From positions 18,010,563 to 18,074,562 of the forward strand of contig OZ316894.1 in NCBI GenBank assembly GCA_973895155.1: DNA of 64,000 nt. Reading direction: 5' to 3'. The notes below the pieces were generated by a model. That model saw only the letters and a program-made list of their open reading frames with translations, was not told the DNA's origin and ran no database searches. Position 1 is the first letter of the stretch, and each line of letters begins with the position of its first letter. This DNA comes from Marsupella aquatica. Its lineage: Eukaryota; Plantae; Marchantiophyta. The position numbers and the translations under genes are program-made. Below, piece after piece: positions 61,824-64,000 of the stretch.

Positions 61824-62765
61824 GTACAGTTGTAATGGCTGAGTATTATGAAGGTTGACAGTTTTTGATGAACTGTCAGCCTTCATGAAACTTGACCATC
61901 ACAACTGTACAGTCTCACAAGAGTACTGAGATCGTCTCACAACCAAACTCCGATCATTAACTGTACAGTTTCACAAGAGAACTGAGACCTTCTCACAACC
62001 AAACCCTGACTCATTAACTGCTGATAGCAGCTTTTGGTATAATGAGAACACAATCCATGCTCGAACAAACCACTTAAGTAAGTCCAAGCACTTCATGGCG
62101 AGGACTGATTTGATTTAGCACTTCATGGCGAGGACTGATTTGATTTACCACTTTTGGCCATCACAACTGTACAGTCTCACAAGAGTACTGAGATCGTCTC
62201 ACAACCAAACTCTGATCATTAACTGTACAGTTGTGATGAATGAGTATCATGAAGGCTAACAGTTTTCAAGGAACTGTTAGCTTTCATAATATTCGACCAT
62301 TGCAACTCTACAGTTTCACAAGAGAACTGAGACCTTCTCACAACCAAACTCTGACTCATTAACTGCTGATAGCAGCTTTTGGTATAATGAGAACGCAATC
62401 CTAAACCCTAAATCACTTCATGGCAAGGATTGATTTTATTTACCACTTTTGGCCATCACAACTGTACAGTCTCACAAGAGTACTGAGATCGTCTCACAAC
62501 CAAACTCTAAGCATTAATTGTACAGTTGTGATGGACGAGTATCATGAGGGCTAACAGTTTTCAAGGAACTGTTAGCCTTCATAATACTCGACCATCATAA
62601 TTGTACAGTTTCACAAGAGAACTGAGACCCTCTCACAACCAAACTCTGACTCATTAACTGCTGATAGCAGCTTTTGGTATAATGAGAACGCAATCCATGC
62701 TCCAACAAACCACTTCAGCAGGTCCAAGCACTTCATGGCGAGGACTGATTTGATTTACCACTTTT
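61824..62765. repeat. Complex ~300-bp tandem array (about 3 units) carrying 81-bp TA-flanked hairpin elements
   Basis: Repeated CTCACAAGAG(T/A)ACTGAGA...TCTCACAACCAAAC and CACTTCATGGC.AGGA.TGATT blocks. Hairpins at 61827-61907, 62228-62308 and 62523-62603. Confidence 0.88.
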
Positions 62766-64000
62766 ATGCCTTGGCGCAATGAAGGACATACCATGTCTGC
62801 TCAAATCAAATGGTTTTGAGAAAGTAAGAGAAGAAATTTCCCTGGATTCCAGATCCACATGGGAGCAGCATCGGTTTTTTCAGGTTCACTCGGGATGATT
62901 CCGAGTGTGATGCAAGAAAACTGCCGCCATGCCATTCATGTGAAAATTCTTCCTTGTATGTCTCATGTGGATCTCTTGAACTTCTAACCGCCTTTCTGTG
63001 TTATACCAAATATGCCCACAAAGAAGAAATGGACACTGGAAATTTTGATACGGGTCATAACTACGGAGTGGACGAAGGTACTTCACAATCTTGTGCAATT
63101 TGAAGCGAAAAACACCTCCCTCCAGGTCAAGTTCGAAATTATCACCCCCATTAAGCAAACATATCTCAGAGTCTACACCCCAATGAAGCAAATGTCTGAG
63201 AATTGTCAGTCTGTTAATTATTAGTAGCTAGATTGTTAGTAAGAAAGTCTTCTAGTTACCTTCCCTTCAAGAAACAAAATGTGAAAAAAAAGTTTCATGT
63301 GGCGACTGAGGCCTAATCATTTCGGACCTAATTGGAAATGGGTAAATTGGGACATTTTGTTGACACAGTCACAGACAACGAATAACAGAAATAGTTCGAC
63401 TATGCCCGTGCCTGACAGGGAGGGTTAAGAGGGTGGGAAGGGCAGGTCATGGTCAGTTAATACCCAGGTCCATTGTCACGTTTCCAGATAGGTGGTGCCA
63501 CTTTTCATTCATTTCCAATTCAATTTGTCAAATTACTTTGTAGAGCACCCTGTCCTAGCTTTTTCGTGCCCCTTCATCCTTCCCATGTTCATTGAATTTG
63601 AATGGAATCTAAAACCTTGACGGGATAGCCAATGGGACCTTAAACTGAAAATCCAGAAATTGACGTGACCCCAGGAAGAATTACTTGAAATTACATACTG
63701 CTGCTGCAAAATCCTCACGGTGAATTCTCAAAACCCACGGTCCTCATGCATGATAGAACAGACCCTCCTACTACCACACTTTTTGCTCTGGGGGAACTAA
63801 TGTGACTTGTCTTTTCTCTATCCTCAGTTCCCAGCCATTACATGTTGTTCCCAGGATACAAACATATATACACGAGCTATATTTCCTTGGTGTGTTGACC
63901 AATCATTTCACTTTCACGGGAATTCTAAATCACTACATCCGTCATGTGGAATGGGCAAAATTGAGTAGATCCCCCCGAACAGATCTGTATGAGTTGAGAC

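Noticed and set aside
62886-63224. ORFs of 101 and 70 aa near the window end
   Set aside because: No recognisable protein motif; more likely a degraded repeat fragment that cannot be classified here.

Overview
This is a gene-rich nuclear window of a land plant; the protein style and intron density suggest a non-seed plant such as a bryophyte, which is an inference. Eight host genes are supported: the 3' end of a DJ-1/PfpI glyoxalase III (+), a 65-aa zinc-ribbon microprotein (-), an endosomal-type NHX Na+(K+)/H+ antiporter with about 20 exons and two U12 minor introns (+), plastid aspartate/prephenate aminotransferase (-), ATP-citrate lyase alpha (+), endonuclease III NTH (+), TMEM147 (-) and an intronless SBT1-like subtilase (+). 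Intergenic DNA holds a full-length Bianca-like Ty1/copia element with identical 109-bp LTRs, a CAAAA target-site duplication (TSD), a half-tRNA-Ile primer site and a gag-pol frame broken by six stops. It also holds two TSD-flanked solo LTRs, a ~1.6-kb foldback element with ~455-bp inverted arms, a candidate tRNA-derived SINE, several MITE-like hairpins and tandem arrays. I found no convincing new multi-gene system. The best leads are the retroelement's mutation history and RT insertion, the U12 intron pattern, an E-to-K change at a conserved DJ-1 active-site position, and several repeat families I could not assign. Exon boundaries were read by eye and need RNA-seq confirmation.
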